From Armatimonadota bacterium (GTDB lineage: Bacteria; Armatimonadota; UBA5829; DTJY01): a stretch of 64,000 nt of DNA. Location of the stretch: assembly GCA_017993055.1 (NCBI GenBank), contig JAGONM010000007.1, positions 50,960 through 114,959 on the forward strand, in the 5' to 3' direction. The notes beneath the pieces are model-generated. The model saw only the letters and a program-made list of their open reading frames with translations. It ran no database searches and was not told the DNA's origin. This document shows positions 17,426 to 27,120 of the stretch, one piece after another (within the stretch, counting starts at the first letter, position 1; every line of letters starts with the position of its first letter). Made by a program: the position numbers and the translations under genes.

Positions 17426-19096
17426 TCACTCCCATGACTCCATAACGTGGATGCCGGCCTCGCGCGGAGGAATCCACGTCCGGTAGGGATAGACTCTGAC
17501 CGTATCGTAACCAGCAATCGGACCGAACGTGATCGCGTATTCCTCCTGGATTGGACGCCACCAGCCGTCTGCGTACCTGGACTCGTAGTCGTAGAGCCCG
17601 TTGAACTCGTATCCTCCATCGATATCGGACGGCCGAACTCCCTGAGCCATCAGATCATCGAGCGCGGCCCACCGCGCGCGGTTCCAGGCAAGATAGTCAT
17701 GAGTCATGCCCACACTGAGAATGCCCCCTATCACCAAAACGGTGACAACAGCCGCCGTCATCGCGCGCTTCGGCCGAATCTCTGCACGGTCCGAGAGTAG
17801 GATCATGCCCATGACGAACGGAATCATCGCCAGGAAATAGCGGTCATAGTATACGTAGAAGTAGAGCATCATTATCGGCGCCAGTGATAGCGCCGCCCCG
17901 GAGATCATCAATGCGAAAAGCGGCCGATCAACGTCCTGAGACCCGGATTCGCGCCGAAGCGCCAACAAGGACTGGAAGAGAAGCACAAGAAGCAGGGCGG
18001 CCCCAAGCGCGCTGCCCATGGTCACGGCGGACCAGAATGCGGAAGGCAGCAGACCGGGGCTGGGAATACGCAAGTAGACAACATCACTCAGAAGGAAAGG
18101 CCCTATGCCGAATGGGGTGATGATATCGCCCAGATGCAGGCTCATGGGCATACCCTGCCTCCAACCGATCGGACGGATGAGTATGGATATGACATACGCC
18201 AGCCCTGCTGTGCCGGCAATCCACCAGATGTTCTTCCGCGCGGCGACGAACCTGTAGACGAGCAGCGGAAACAGGAAGAGACCCAGATACACGCACGCGG
18301 TCAGACCGACTACATAGGCTGCATGCACCGAGTCAAGCCCGTGGGTGAAGAATCTCGTGCTGTTCTTCACCTGTACACCGTAGAACTCCGGCAAGCCCCC
18401 GGAGGCACTGAGCCACTGCTGGTAGGCGAGCAGAACTCCACCGACGGCGACCGCAGGGATGCACGCTCTCACTACGCCGCGAACGCGGGCGCCGTGCGCG
18501 AAGAGGCATGCGACCCCGAATGCGATCGGGAGCACCAGACCAGACTGCCGGATCAGAGCCGCCAGGCATGCAATCGCTGTTCCTGCGACGTAGCCGTAGG
18601 TCGAGCGTCGTCTGAGCGCCCGCGCGAAGGCATACACCGACAGGACCGACAGGGTGTAGAAGGGCACATCCGTCATGAAGGTGTTGGAGAGGCTGAAGTA
18701 TATCGGATTGACGGCGACTACGAGCGTGCAGATGACGGCGACCCTCCGCCCGGCACCGAGTTCCCTGAGCAGCAGATAGGTGCCGATCAGCCCTCCGAGG
18801 CCGGCGACGAGGGTAGAGGCCCTGAGCGCGGTGTACGAGAACCCGAACGGAAGACAGAAGAGCGCGCCCCAGAGCACCTGGGTAAAGAGTGTCATCGTAA
18901 CCATGGAGACCATGGTGAATGTCCCGTCCTCCACGAGCGATCTGACGGACAGGGCATAGCACCAGTCGTCGTTCAGCGGAAACTCGCCGGACGGATTGGT
19001 GATGGCAACCATGAGAATCCACACAGCGGCGATGATGCCGATCGCAAGGAGGTTGCGGTGGCGTTCCACCTTGGTGTCAGGAAGAGGTTCGGCCAT
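17426..19096 (-). CDS. GT-C fold (ArnT/PMT, GT39-like) membrane glycosyltransferase
   Basis: At least 10 TM segments, a first-loop PLNDDWCY motif (acidic DD) and a soluble C-terminal domain. Family assignment is by architecture only. Confidence 0.5.
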   Translation of the reverse strand: MAEPLPDTKVERHRNLLAIGIIAAVWILMVAITNPSGEFPLNDDWCYALSVRSLVEDGTFTMVSMVTMTLFTQVLWGALFCLPFGFSYTALRASTLVAGLGGLIGTYLLLRELGAGRRVAVICTLVVAVNPIYFSLSNTFMTDVPFYTLSVLSVYAFARALRRRSTYGYVAGTAIACLAALIRQSGLVLPIAFGVACLFAHGARVRGVVRACIPAVAVGGVLLAYQQWLSASGGLPEFYGVQVKNSTRFFTHGLDSVHAAYVVGLTACVYLGLFLFPLLVYRFVAARKNIWWIAGTAGLAYVISILIRPIGWRQGMPMSLHLGDIITPFGIGPFLLSDVVYLRIPSPGLLPSAFWSAVTMGSALGAALLLVLLFQSLLALRRESGSQDVDRPLFALMISGAALSLAPIMMLYFYVYYDRYFLAMIPFVMGMILLSDRAEIRPKRAMTAAVVTVLVIGGILSVGMTHDYLAWNRARWAALDDLMAQGVRPSDIDGGYEFNGLYDYESRYADGWWRPIQEEYAITFGPIAGYDTVRVYPYRTWIPPREAGIHVMESWE

Positions 19097-19149
19097 TCCT
19101 TGTCTCCAGTTTGAGTACGATTACGATTGGCGGTACGAGTAGGGGCGCT

Positions 19150-20235
19150 CTACCGCTGGACGAGTTCCCTCAGCAGTTCGGTGTAGTAGACGTAGTTCTC
19201 GAACGGAACGTCCGGCGGGACGGAGTGGTCAATCGCCGGGATGTAGCCTCCTGATTCGATCATCTGCGGGACCTTGCGCATCAGTTCGTGCTCAATTGCG
19301 GCCCTGTCCTTCGAGAGCACGCGTTTGTCAATACCGCCCCACAGGACCAGCTTCCGGCCGTACTTTTCGCGAATCTCGAGCGGCTCCATGTTCGCGGCGA
19401 TCTCGAGCGGGAAGAAGACGTTGACACCGGCCTCGACGAAATAGTCCAGGATCGGGCGGTTGTCGCCGTCGGAATCCACAATGACGTTCGGGACGCCGTG
19501 CGACAGGATGCAGCCGACGACCTCCTTGTAGTACGGGAGCATGAACTCCTCGAAGGTCCTCGGGCCGATCAGCGGGCCGTTCTTAAACGCCATGTCCTCC
19601 CAGATGTAGACGTAGTCGAGGTCGACGTGCGGGAGCGCGCGATCGAAGATGCCTTTGCAGAACTCGGCCCAGTGGCGCATGATATCGTGCATCAGGCCCG
19701 GATCGTCGTAGTACATGTACGCCAGATTCTCCTCGCCGAAGAGGTTGCGCGGCCAGCCGTACCCGCCGACGATGTTCATACCCCAGGGCTGTTCCCGGCC
19801 GCCCATCTGCTTGCGGACGTCGGCCCAGTCGGGATAGCGCTCAGGAGTCGAGGGGTCGAGCCGCCACTTCAGGGTCTCCCAGTCCTTGCGCTCCTTGACC
19901 GGGAAGCTGATGAACTGCGACATGGAGGTCTCGGGGCCCTTGCGGTCGCGCTTAGTGATGCCACTGCCGTCCATGAAGGTGACGGTGCGATCGTCCTCTT
20001 GGATGACCCTGTGCTCAAACGGCGGACGGTAGGGATTATGGGTGAAACCGGCGTCCACGGGAACGGTGTTCCAACGGTCCATGCCGAAGTACTCCCAGGC
20101 GGACGTGTCAGCGGGGAGGCCTTCCTGCTTCCAGCGCTCTTCGGTCTCGCCCCAGAACCCGAGGCAGTCCCAGCGCGGGGGATGGTCAACCGGCTCGAAA
20201 CGACATACTCTCAGGAAGCTTTCTCGTGCGTTCAT
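19150..20235 (-). CDS. uroporphyrinogen decarboxylase (URO-D) family protein
   Basis: TIM-barrel URO-D/MtaA-like pattern: WEDMAFKNGPLIGP, VIVDSDGDNRPILDYFVEAGVNVFFPLE, LWGGIDKRVL. Confidence 0.65.
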   Translation of the reverse strand: MNARESFLRVCRFEPVDHPPRWDCLGFWGETEERWKQEGLPADTSAWEYFGMDRWNTVPVDAGFTHNPYRPPFEHRVIQEDDRTVTFMDGSGITKRDRKGPETSMSQFISFPVKERKDWETLKWRLDPSTPERYPDWADVRKQMGGREQPWGMNIVGGYGWPRNLFGEENLAYMYYDDPGLMHDIMRHWAEFCKGIFDRALPHVDLDYVYIWEDMAFKNGPLIGPRTFEEFMLPYYKEVVGCILSHGVPNVIVDSDGDNRPILDYFVEAGVNVFFPLEIAANMEPLEIREKYGRKLVLWGGIDKRVLSKDRAAIEHELMRKVPQMIESGGYIPAIDHSVPPDVPFENYVYYTELLRELVQR

Positions 20236-20266
20236 AGCGCGAGTGACCTGCGGGGGTGTGGCCCCT

Positions 20267-21232
20267 TCACTTCATCCACGGCCTGATGCCCTTGGCGTTC
20301 GTCCTGATTCGGTAGAGACCGGTGCGAGCGGTCATGTAGAGCGTCTTGCCGTCCTTCTCACCCCACGCGCAGTTTGCAGGAATCTCGGGCGCACGGATGA
20401 TGCCGAGCAACGTGCCCTTCGGGTCTATCACCCACACGCCGCCCTGGCCGGTCGCCCAGAGGTTGCCCTTCCGGTCTACCTTCATGCCGTCCGGGGCACC
20501 GGGCTCGCCGATCTTCATCTCGATAAATACCCGACCGTTCGCGAGGGTGCCGTCGGGCTTCACGTCGAACGCGCGAATATGGGCGCGAGACGATGAGTCA
20601 GCAATGTAGAGCGTCTTCTCATCGGGCGAGAACGCCAGTCCGTTCGGGCGATCGAAGTCTTCGGCCAAGAGGGTCAGCTTGCCGTCGGGCGAGATGCGGA
20701 AGACTCCCTGGAACTTGATCTCGCGCTGAGGATCGGGGCATCCGTAGGGCGGATCGGTGAAGTAGACGCTGCCGTCGGACTTGACGACGATGTCGTTCGG
20801 GCTGTTGAGCCGCTTGCCTTCGAAGTGCGACGCGAGGACGGTGATCGTGCCGTCCTTCTCCTCGCGGGTGACCTGACGGTTTCCGTGCTCGCAGGCGATG
20901 AGGCGGCCCTCCTTGTCATAGGTCAGGCCGTTCGAGTTGCCGCTCACTTTTCGGTAGACGCCTTGCTGCAGCTTCCCGGACTTGTCCCACGCGACCTTGA
21001 CGATGTTGTCGCCGGGGATGTCGCTGAAGACCAGGAACCCGGCCTTGCTCCACAGCGGGCCTTCGGTGAAATGGAATCCGTCCGCGACCTTCTCGACCAC
21101 GGCGTCCTTGGGGACGAGTTTCCAGAACTCGGGGGATTTCGCGTCGAGCATTGGCTTGGTTTCCTTGTTGTCGTCAGTCGCCGGGGCCGCCGCCATGATC
21201 GCGAGCAGTCCGGCCACAATGAGTGCGTTCAT
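20267..21232 (-). CDS. SMP-30/gluconolactonase/LRE family protein (secreted)
   Basis: Propeller repeats NGLTYDKEGRLIACEHG, PNDIVVKSDGSVYFTDP, PNGLAFSPDEKTLYIADS and PDGMKVDRKGNLW. The start is set at MNALIVAGLL (signal peptide). Confidence 0.8.
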   Translation of the reverse strand: MNALIVAGLLAIMAAAPATDDNKETKPMLDAKSPEFWKLVPKDAVVEKVADGFHFTEGPLWSKAGFLVFSDIPGDNIVKVAWDKSGKLQQGVYRKVSGNSNGLTYDKEGRLIACEHGNRQVTREEKDGTITVLASHFEGKRLNSPNDIVVKSDGSVYFTDPPYGCPDPQREIKFQGVFRISPDGKLTLLAEDFDRPNGLAFSPDEKTLYIADSSSRAHIRAFDVKPDGTLANGRVFIEMKIGEPGAPDGMKVDRKGNLWATGQGGVWVIDPKGTLLGIIRAPEIPANCAWGEKDGKTLYMTARTGLYRIRTNAKGIRPWMK

Positions 21233-21471
21233 GCGTGCCACCGCCTTCCGAGGAAACAGTATAGCGGAACGAAGGCGTAGATGCAACGCCTCAGGGAGGT
21301 TGAAACCGCGGCAACAAGTGCGCGAAGTCCACCTCCGTGGACTGAGAAGTCGCGGCCCCTACTCCCAGTGTCCGCAGGGACACTTCGTGCCTTCGTTGCC
21401 GTGACTTCAGTCGCCCGGAACCGATGGGCCTCCACCAGTCGTACATAAGGACGTGGCGCACCCGCTCTTCT

Positions 21472-21500
21472 TTGACAGGGCAGGCGTCGGATGGTAGAAT
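21472..21500 (+). promoter_or_regulatory. sigma70-type promoter for secA
   Basis: TTGACA (21472-21477), 17-nt spacer, TAGAAT (21495-21500), about 35 nt upstream of the secA ATG. Confidence 0.65.
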
Positions 21501-21535
21501 GAACCGGTTAAGAAAGCGGGTATCAGAGTCACATT

Positions 21536-24508
21536 ATGAATGTCATCAACTGGATTTTCAGCAGCAACGAGCGAGAGGTCGCGCGGTTCCGGAAGATCGC
21601 CGAGAAGATCACCGCCCTCGAGCCTGCGATGGAGGCGCTATCCGACGAGCAGCTTCGGTCGAAGACGGACGAGTTCAAGCGCCGCCTCGCGGAGGGCGAA
21701 ACGCTCGACGGCATCCTCCCGGAGGCGTTCGCGACCGTCAGGGAGGCGGGCAAGCGTACCGTCGGGATGAGGCATTTCGACGTGCAGCTCATCGGCGGAA
21801 TGGTCCTGCACGAGGGTCGGATCGCCGAGATGAAGACCGGTGAGGGCAAGACTCTGGTCGCAACAGCGCCGCTGTACCTCAACGCGCTGGAGGGCAAGGG
21901 CGCGCACCTGATCACCGTGAACGACTACCTGGCGAAGTACCACGCGCAGTGGATGGGTCCGATATACCATTTCCTCGGAATGAGCGTCGGGGCGCTCCAG
22001 GGATCGAACCCGGAGACCGGCGAGTTGGAGGCATCGTACCTCTACGACCCGGACTACGTGAACGAGGAGGAGCCGGTCTACCGCAACCTGCGCCGCGCCG
22101 AGAAGCACGATTCGTACCTGGCGGACATAACATACGGCACCAACCACGTTTTCGGGTTCGACTACCTGCGCGACAACATGGCGTTTTCGCCCGAGGGACT
22201 GGTCCAGCGCGAACTCAACTACGCCATCGTGGACGAGGTGGACTCCGTGCTGGTTGACGAGGCGCGCGTTCCGCTAATCCTCTCGGGCCAAGCCGCCGAA
22301 TCGAACCAGATGTACTACAAGATGGACCGCGTGGTCGCGCGCCTGATGCACGAGCGCGACTACACGATGGACGAGAAGGCCAAGACCGCAATGCTGACCG
22401 AGGAGGGCATGCGGCGCGTCGAGGAAGGCATCGGCGTCGAGAACCTATCGGAAGACCCGGACCTGATGCACTACGCGAACGCGGCGTTGAAGGCTCGGAC
22501 GATGTACAAGAGCGACATAGACTACGTCGTCAAGGGCAACGGAGCCGATCGGCAGGTCATCCTCGTTGACGAGTTCACCGGCCGCCTGATGTTCGGGCGG
22601 CGGCTGAGCGACGGGCTTCATCAGGCAATCGAGGCGAAGGAAGGGGTCAAGATCGAGCACGAGAGCCAGACCCTAGCCAAGATCACGCATCAGAACTACT
22701 ACCGCCTCTACACGAAACTCGGCGGCATGACCGGCACTGCCAAGACCGAGGAGGAGGAGTTCCGAAAGATATACGGCCTCGATGTCGTCGTGATCCCTAC
22801 GAACCAGCCGATGATTCGCGTGGACCACCCGGACGTGATCTACAAGACCGAGGAGTCGAAGCTCCGCGGCCTGACGCTCGAGATCCTGAAGCTCCACTGC
22901 AAGCTCCAGCCGGTGCTCGTCGGCACGCGCTCGATCGAGACCTCCGAGCGGCTGAGCGGGCGGCTCGAAGCGGAGCGGTTGCAGCTCCTGGCGGCGACGT
23001 TCGTCCTGCGCGCGATGCTCGAGGAATCGAAGAAGATTGACGGTGACTCGAAGAAGCAAGCGAACCAGTTCCTGAACCAGAAGTTCGGCGAACTTACTCT
23101 CGGCAAACTCGCGCCGCTCGCGCGCGAACTCGGCGCGTCGCTCGACATGCTCAAGAGAGAGAACATGGAGCGGCTGGCGGGGATGATGGAGCTTCAGGAC
23201 GGCGAGGAGATGGAGCGGCTCGGCGAATGCCTGGCGCAGGGGATAGAGCACAACGTCCTGAACGCGAAGTACCACGAGCGTGAGGCGGAGATCATCGCGG
23301 ACGCCGGGCGACTCGGCGCGGTGACGATCGCGACGAACATGGCCGGGCGCGGAGTGGACATCATACTCGGCGGGAAGCCTGAGGGCTCGACCGCCGATCG
23401 GAACGTGGAGGCGGTTGAGGTAGTCAGGCGCGGCGGCCTTGCGATCCTGGGCAGCGAGCGGCACGAGAGCCGGCGCATTGACCACCAGCTCAGGGGCCGC
23501 TCGGGGCGTCAAGGCGACCCGGGCCTGTCGCGATTCTTCGTCTCGCTGGAGGACGAGTTGTGGCGCGTCTTCGGCGACCGGATGCAAAGCCCGTGGCTCG
23601 GATCGTGGCCGGAAGAGATGGCGATGGACGCGAAGCTGCTCTCGCGGATGATCGAGCGCACGCAGAAGAAGATGGAAGCCTACCACTTCGGCATCCGAAA
23701 GCAGGTTCTCCAGTACGACGACGTGATGAACGTCCAGCGCGAGATCATCTACGGCGAGCGGAGGAAGATCCTCCAGGGGGTGGACCTCAAGCCGACGATC
23801 ACGAGCTATCTGAACCAGACGGTGCTCGACAACATAAACATGCACTGCCCGGAGGGACAGAACCCGGCGGAGTGGGACACAGACACGCTTTTCGAGATGC
23901 TGGACGAGATATTCCCCCTCTCGATGTATGTCAACAAGTCGGACCTGAAGGACAAGAAGCGGTTCGAGCTAGATGACATGCTCACCGAGCTTGCCGAGCG
24001 GGCATACGAAGACCGGGAGAAGCACTTCGGGCCGGAGTTGATGCGCGACCTCGAGCGTCAGATGGCGCTCCGGGCGATTGACAGCAAGTGGCTCGAGCAT
24101 CTCGACGCGATGGACTACCTGCTGGAGGGAATCGGGCTGAGGGGCTACGCGCAGATGGACCCGCTGCTGGCCTACAAGAAGGAAGGCTTCGAGATGTTCG
24201 ACCAGATGCAGCACGGCATTCAGGACGAGATCGTCCGCTGGATGTTCCGCGTGCAGGTGCAGGTGGTCAACGAGCCTTACCGGAACCCGTACCGCAACGT
24301 GAGCATGAACGCAAACGAGTTCACCCCGCCGCCGACGGCGGGCCAGGGGCACGATGACCCATACGCCGACTTCGAGGACGGCCTGCCCCGCCCGCAGAGA
24401 GCGGTCCCGGTGAGGACGAGGGAGAAGGTCGGCCGGAACGATCCGTGTCCGTGCGGGAGCGGGAAGAAGTACAAGAAGTGCTGCTTGAGGGACGACGATG
24501 GGGACTAG
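21536..24508 (+). CDS. secA: preprotein translocase ATPase SecA
   Basis: Full-length SecA: [32 protein letters not shown] and the C-terminal Zn finger [13 protein letters not shown]. Confidence 0.95.
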   Translation: MNVINWIFSSNEREVARFRKIAEKITALEPAMEALSDEQLRSKTDEFKRRLAEGETLDGILPEAFATVREAGKRTVGMRHFDVQLIGGMVLHEGRIAEMKTGEGKTLVATAPLYLNALEGKGAHLITVNDYLAKYHAQWMGPIYHFLGMSVGALQGSNPETGELEASYLYDPDYVNEEEPVYRNLRRAEKHDSYLADITYGTNHVFGFDYLRDNMAFSPEGLVQRELNYAIVDEVDSVLVDEARVPLILSGQAAESNQMYYKMDRVVARLMHERDYTMDEKAKTAMLTEEGMRRVEEGIGVENLSEDPDLMHYANAALKARTMYKSDIDYVVKGNGADRQVILVDEFTGRLMFGRRLSDGLHQAIEAKEGVKIEHESQTLAKITHQNYYRLYTKLGGMTGTAKTEEEEFRKIYGLDVVVIPTNQPMIRVDHPDVIYKTEESKLRGLTLEILKLHCKLQPVLVGTRSIETSERLSGRLEAERLQLLAATFVLRAMLEESKKIDGDSKKQANQFLNQKFGELTLGKLAPLARELGASLDMLKRENMERLAGMMELQDGEEMERLGECLAQGIEHNVLNAKYHEREAEIIADAGRLGAVTIATNMAGRGVDIILGGKPEGSTADRNVEAVEVVRRGGLAILGSERHESRRIDHQLRGRSGRQGDPGLSRFFVSLEDELWRVFGDRMQSPWLGSWPEEMAMDAKLLSRMIERTQKKMEAYHFGIRKQVLQYDDVMNVQREIIYGERRKILQGVDLKPTITSYLNQTVLDNINMHCPEGQNPAEWDTDTLFEMLDEIFPLSMYVNKSDLKDKKRFELDDMLTELAERAYEDREKHFGPELMRDLERQMALRAIDSKWLEHLDAMDYLLEGIGLRGYAQMDPLLAYKKEGFEMFDQMQHGIQDEIVRWMFRVQVQVVNEPYRNPYRNVSMNANEFTPPPTAGQGHDDPYADFEDGLPRPQRAVPVRTREKVGRNDPCPCGSGKKYKKCCLRDDDGD

Positions 24509-24510
24509 GA

Positions 24511-25224
24511 ATGCCCAAGGTGCGTGAGAAGTATCTGGTGGATGAACAAGGCAGGAAGACCGCTATCGTGCTCGACCTACGTGAATACCGCCAGCTTGTG
24601 GACCGCTTGAAGGACCTGGAGGATGCACTCGATCTGAACGATGGTGAGCAGACCGAGATTTCTTTCGAACTTCGCTTCGACCCCGACGAAATCTATGGAT
24701 TGGCTTGCCGTTACTCGGATTGCCTTACTGCAAGGGAAGCCCGTCTGGAGTCAGAGATCGAGAGCCAGATCGCCCCTGCGGCTCGCGCGAGGGGACACCT
24801 TCTCATGGAGGAGTTCCTGGCGGTGTGCGAATGGAAGAGCCCCCGGCCCCGGAGGCACTACTGCATGAATCAGGAGCGCTGTGTCAAGGATGCTACCCGC
24901 GAAGCTCTAGCTGCCGTTGACGGCTGGCACAGCATTGAGGTTCTGGATGCTCTACGTGGGGTGGGCCCATCCGTGGCCTCGGCCATTCTTCACTGGATGG
25001 CAGGACAGCCGTATCCTATATGGGACTTCCGCGCACTGTGGTCACTGGGCTGGGAGAAGCCGCCTGCGTGCAACCGCGACTCGTGGGCAGCCTATGCGCA
25101 GTACTGCATCGACCTTGCTCAGAAGCACGAGGTCTCCATGAGACAACTTGACCGAGCCCTATGGCGATACTCGAAAGATAACCAACCCGGGAAACCAGCA
25201 CTTGTTGCCAATCCGAGGCACTAG
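24511..25224 (+). CDS. fusion protein: Phd/YefM-like antitoxin N-terminus plus an HhH-GPD-like domain
   Basis: The ATG lies 2 nt after the secA stop. The N-terminus KYLVDEQGRKTAIVLDLREYRQLVDRLKDLEDALDL is antitoxin-like. The C-terminal LRGVGPSVASAILHWMAGQPYPIWD has the HhH + G/P loop + Asp spacing of endonuclease III. Confidence 0.6.
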   Translation: MPKVREKYLVDEQGRKTAIVLDLREYRQLVDRLKDLEDALDLNDGEQTEISFELRFDPDEIYGLACRYSDCLTAREARLESEIESQIAPAARARGHLLMEEFLAVCEWKSPRPRRHYCMNQERCVKDATREALAAVDGWHSIEVLDALRGVGPSVASAILHWMAGQPYPIWDFRALWSLGWEKPPACNRDSWAAYAQYCIDLAQKHEVSMRQLDRALWRYSKDNQPGKPALVANPRH

Positions 25225-25238
25225 AGGGGGTACTCCAC

Positions 25239-26340
25239 TTGCTCACCGATCTGAAAAAGGAACTCGATGCTCTGAAGGAGCAGTTTGATCAGCTAAGGGG
25301 GCATCTTTGACCTCGCCCAGAGGCAGGATGAGATAAAGAAGCTCGAGGAACTGACCGCGCAGCCGACGTTCTGGGACCGCCAGGACGAGGCGCAGAAGGT
25401 GCTCAAGCAGCTCACTCAACTTCGGCAGTCGGTGGACCCCTGGCTCGACCTCGAGAAGAAGATCGAGGACCTCGGCGCATACATCGAACTCGCCTCCGAG
25501 GAAGAGGACGACGGCACCTACGAGGCCGAGATACGCGCCGACCTCGACGCCGCGAAGGCCCGGATGGACGGCCTCGAGTTGTCCACCATGCTGAACGAGG
25601 AGCACGACGCCTCCGATGCGATCGTCGAGATCAACTCGGGCGCGGGCGGCACCGAGTCGTGCGACTGGGTCGAGATGCTCCTCCGCATGTACCTGCGATG
25701 GGCCGAGCGAAAGGGCTACTCGACGGAGATCATTGACTCCGTCGAGGGCGACGTCGCCGGGCTGAAGAACGTCACGTTCACCGTGCGCGGCTTGAACGCA
25801 TACGGCTACATCAAGGCGGAGCGGGGAGTCCACCGGCTCGTGCGAATCTCCCCGTTCGACTCGAACAACCGGCGGCACACCTCTTTCGCCTCGGTTGACG
25901 CCGTGCCGGAGATCGCCGAGACGGACGAGATCGAGATCAACTCCGACGACCTGAAGGTGGACACCTACCGGGCGAGCAGCGCAGGCGGCCAGCACGTCAA
26001 CAAGACGGACTCGGCGGTGCGGATCACACACATCCCCAGCGGGATCATTGTGAGCTGCCAGAACGAGCGTTCTCAGCACCAGAACCGCGAAGTGGCAATG
26101 AAGGTGCTGAAGGCTAAACTCCTGGAACTGGAGCGCCGCGAGAGCGAGGCGAAGCTCGCGGAACTGAGGGGAGAGAAACGCGCCATCGAGTGGGGCAGCC
26201 AGATTCGATCCTATGTCTTCCAGCCGTACCAGTTGGTGAAGGACCTTCGTACCGATGTCGAGACTGGGAACATCATCGCGGTGATGGACGGCGAGATTGA
26301 CCTGTTCGTGGACGCGTACCTCCGCTGGCGGCTCTCCTGA
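25239..26340 (+). CDS. prfB: peptide chain release factor 2 with a programmed +1 frameshift
   Basis: TTG start at 25239, preceded by GAGGGGG. Frame 0 reads MLTDLKKELDALKEQFDQLRGHL and ends at CTT TGA C (25305-25311), with the SD-like AGGGGG at 25296-25301. The +1 frame continues DLAQRQDEIKKLEE... and carries the SPF (RISPFDS) and GGQ (SAGGQHVN) motifs. Confidence 0.9.
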
Positions 26341-26417
26341 AACAGAATAGGCCCGCAGGGAGTATAATCCCATGGGGGACTTCATGCGGCCTACAAAGCC
26401 TGTGAAGGAAACGACTG

Positions 26418-27068
26418 ATGACAAGACGAGCACTTCTCGCGACGATGATGATTCTTTCGCTGGCGCTGCCTTGCGCGGCCGCGACGGCGCCGGCCGCGTT
26501 GACCAGCGTTGACTCCGACGTCAAGGAGACGGAACTCGGCAGTCTGGTGTCGGATGCGCTTCGCGCGCTCGACGAGAAGGCGCAGATCGCCTTCTTCCCG
26601 GCCGGCAGCCTCAAGGACGCCACTATTCCGGAGGGCGAGATCAAGACCGACGGCATCAGGGCGTGCCTCAAGTTTCCCGAAGACAAGACAGCGATCCTGG
26701 AGCTGTCCGGCGATCAGATACTTCGAGCGCTCGAGCGGAGCGTCGGCACGCTGCCCCAGAAGAACCAGGGCTTCCTGCAGGTCTCGGGCGTGTCATTCGC
26801 AGCCAACCTGAAGTCGCCGAAGGGCTCCCGAGTGTCCAACGTCAAGGTCGGGAAGGAAGACCTCGACAAGGAGAAAAAGTACCGCGTGATCACCTCCGCG
26901 CCGCTTGCAAAGGGCGGACACGGCTACTTCACGATCTGGGACAAGAAGGCGATCGAGCAGTCGAAGGCGGATGAGATTTCGGTGAGCAGCGCGGTCGAGC
27001 AGTTCCTGGGCAAGCAGACCACCCTCGATTACCGAGATAAGAAACGAATCGTCGTGAAGGACAAGTGA
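26418..27068 (+). CDS. secreted 5'-nucleotidase C-terminal-domain protein (no metallophosphatase domain)
   Basis: Signal peptide. ETELGSLVSDALR...LSGDQILRALERSV...GFLQVSGVSF...VSNVKVG...KKYRVITS resembles the 5'-nucleotidase substrate-binding domain. Confidence 0.55.
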   Translation: MTRRALLATMMILSLALPCAAATAPAALTSVDSDVKETELGSLVSDALRALDEKAQIAFFPAGSLKDATIPEGEIKTDGIRACLKFPEDKTAILELSGDQILRALERSVGTLPQKNQGFLQVSGVSFAANLKSPKGSRVSNVKVGKEDLDKEKKYRVITSAPLAKGGHGYFTIWDKKAIEQSKADEISVSSAVEQFLGKQTTLDYRDKKRIVVKDK

Positions 27069-27120
27069 TCAGTGATCGGTGACCAGTGTCCAGCAACCAG
27101 TGACCGGTGGCCGGTGCGTC
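27065..27120. repeat. tandem heptamer array, 8 units
   Basis: GTGATCA GTGATCG GTGACCA GTGTCCA GCAACCA GTGACCG GTGGCCG GTGCGTC. It spans the stop of the upstream gene (TGA 27066-27068) and the alternative GTG starts of the M28 gene. Confidence 0.75.

Noticed and set aside
24445-24510. Upstream start of the fusion gene overlapping the secA 3' end
   Set aside because: It overlaps the conserved secA Zn-finger codons in another frame. ATG 24511, right after the secA stop, begins the antitoxin-like domain.
25243-26433. 396-aa minus-strand ORF covering prfB
   Set aside because: It is antisense to RF2, which has unmistakable SPF/GGQ motifs and the conserved frameshift site.
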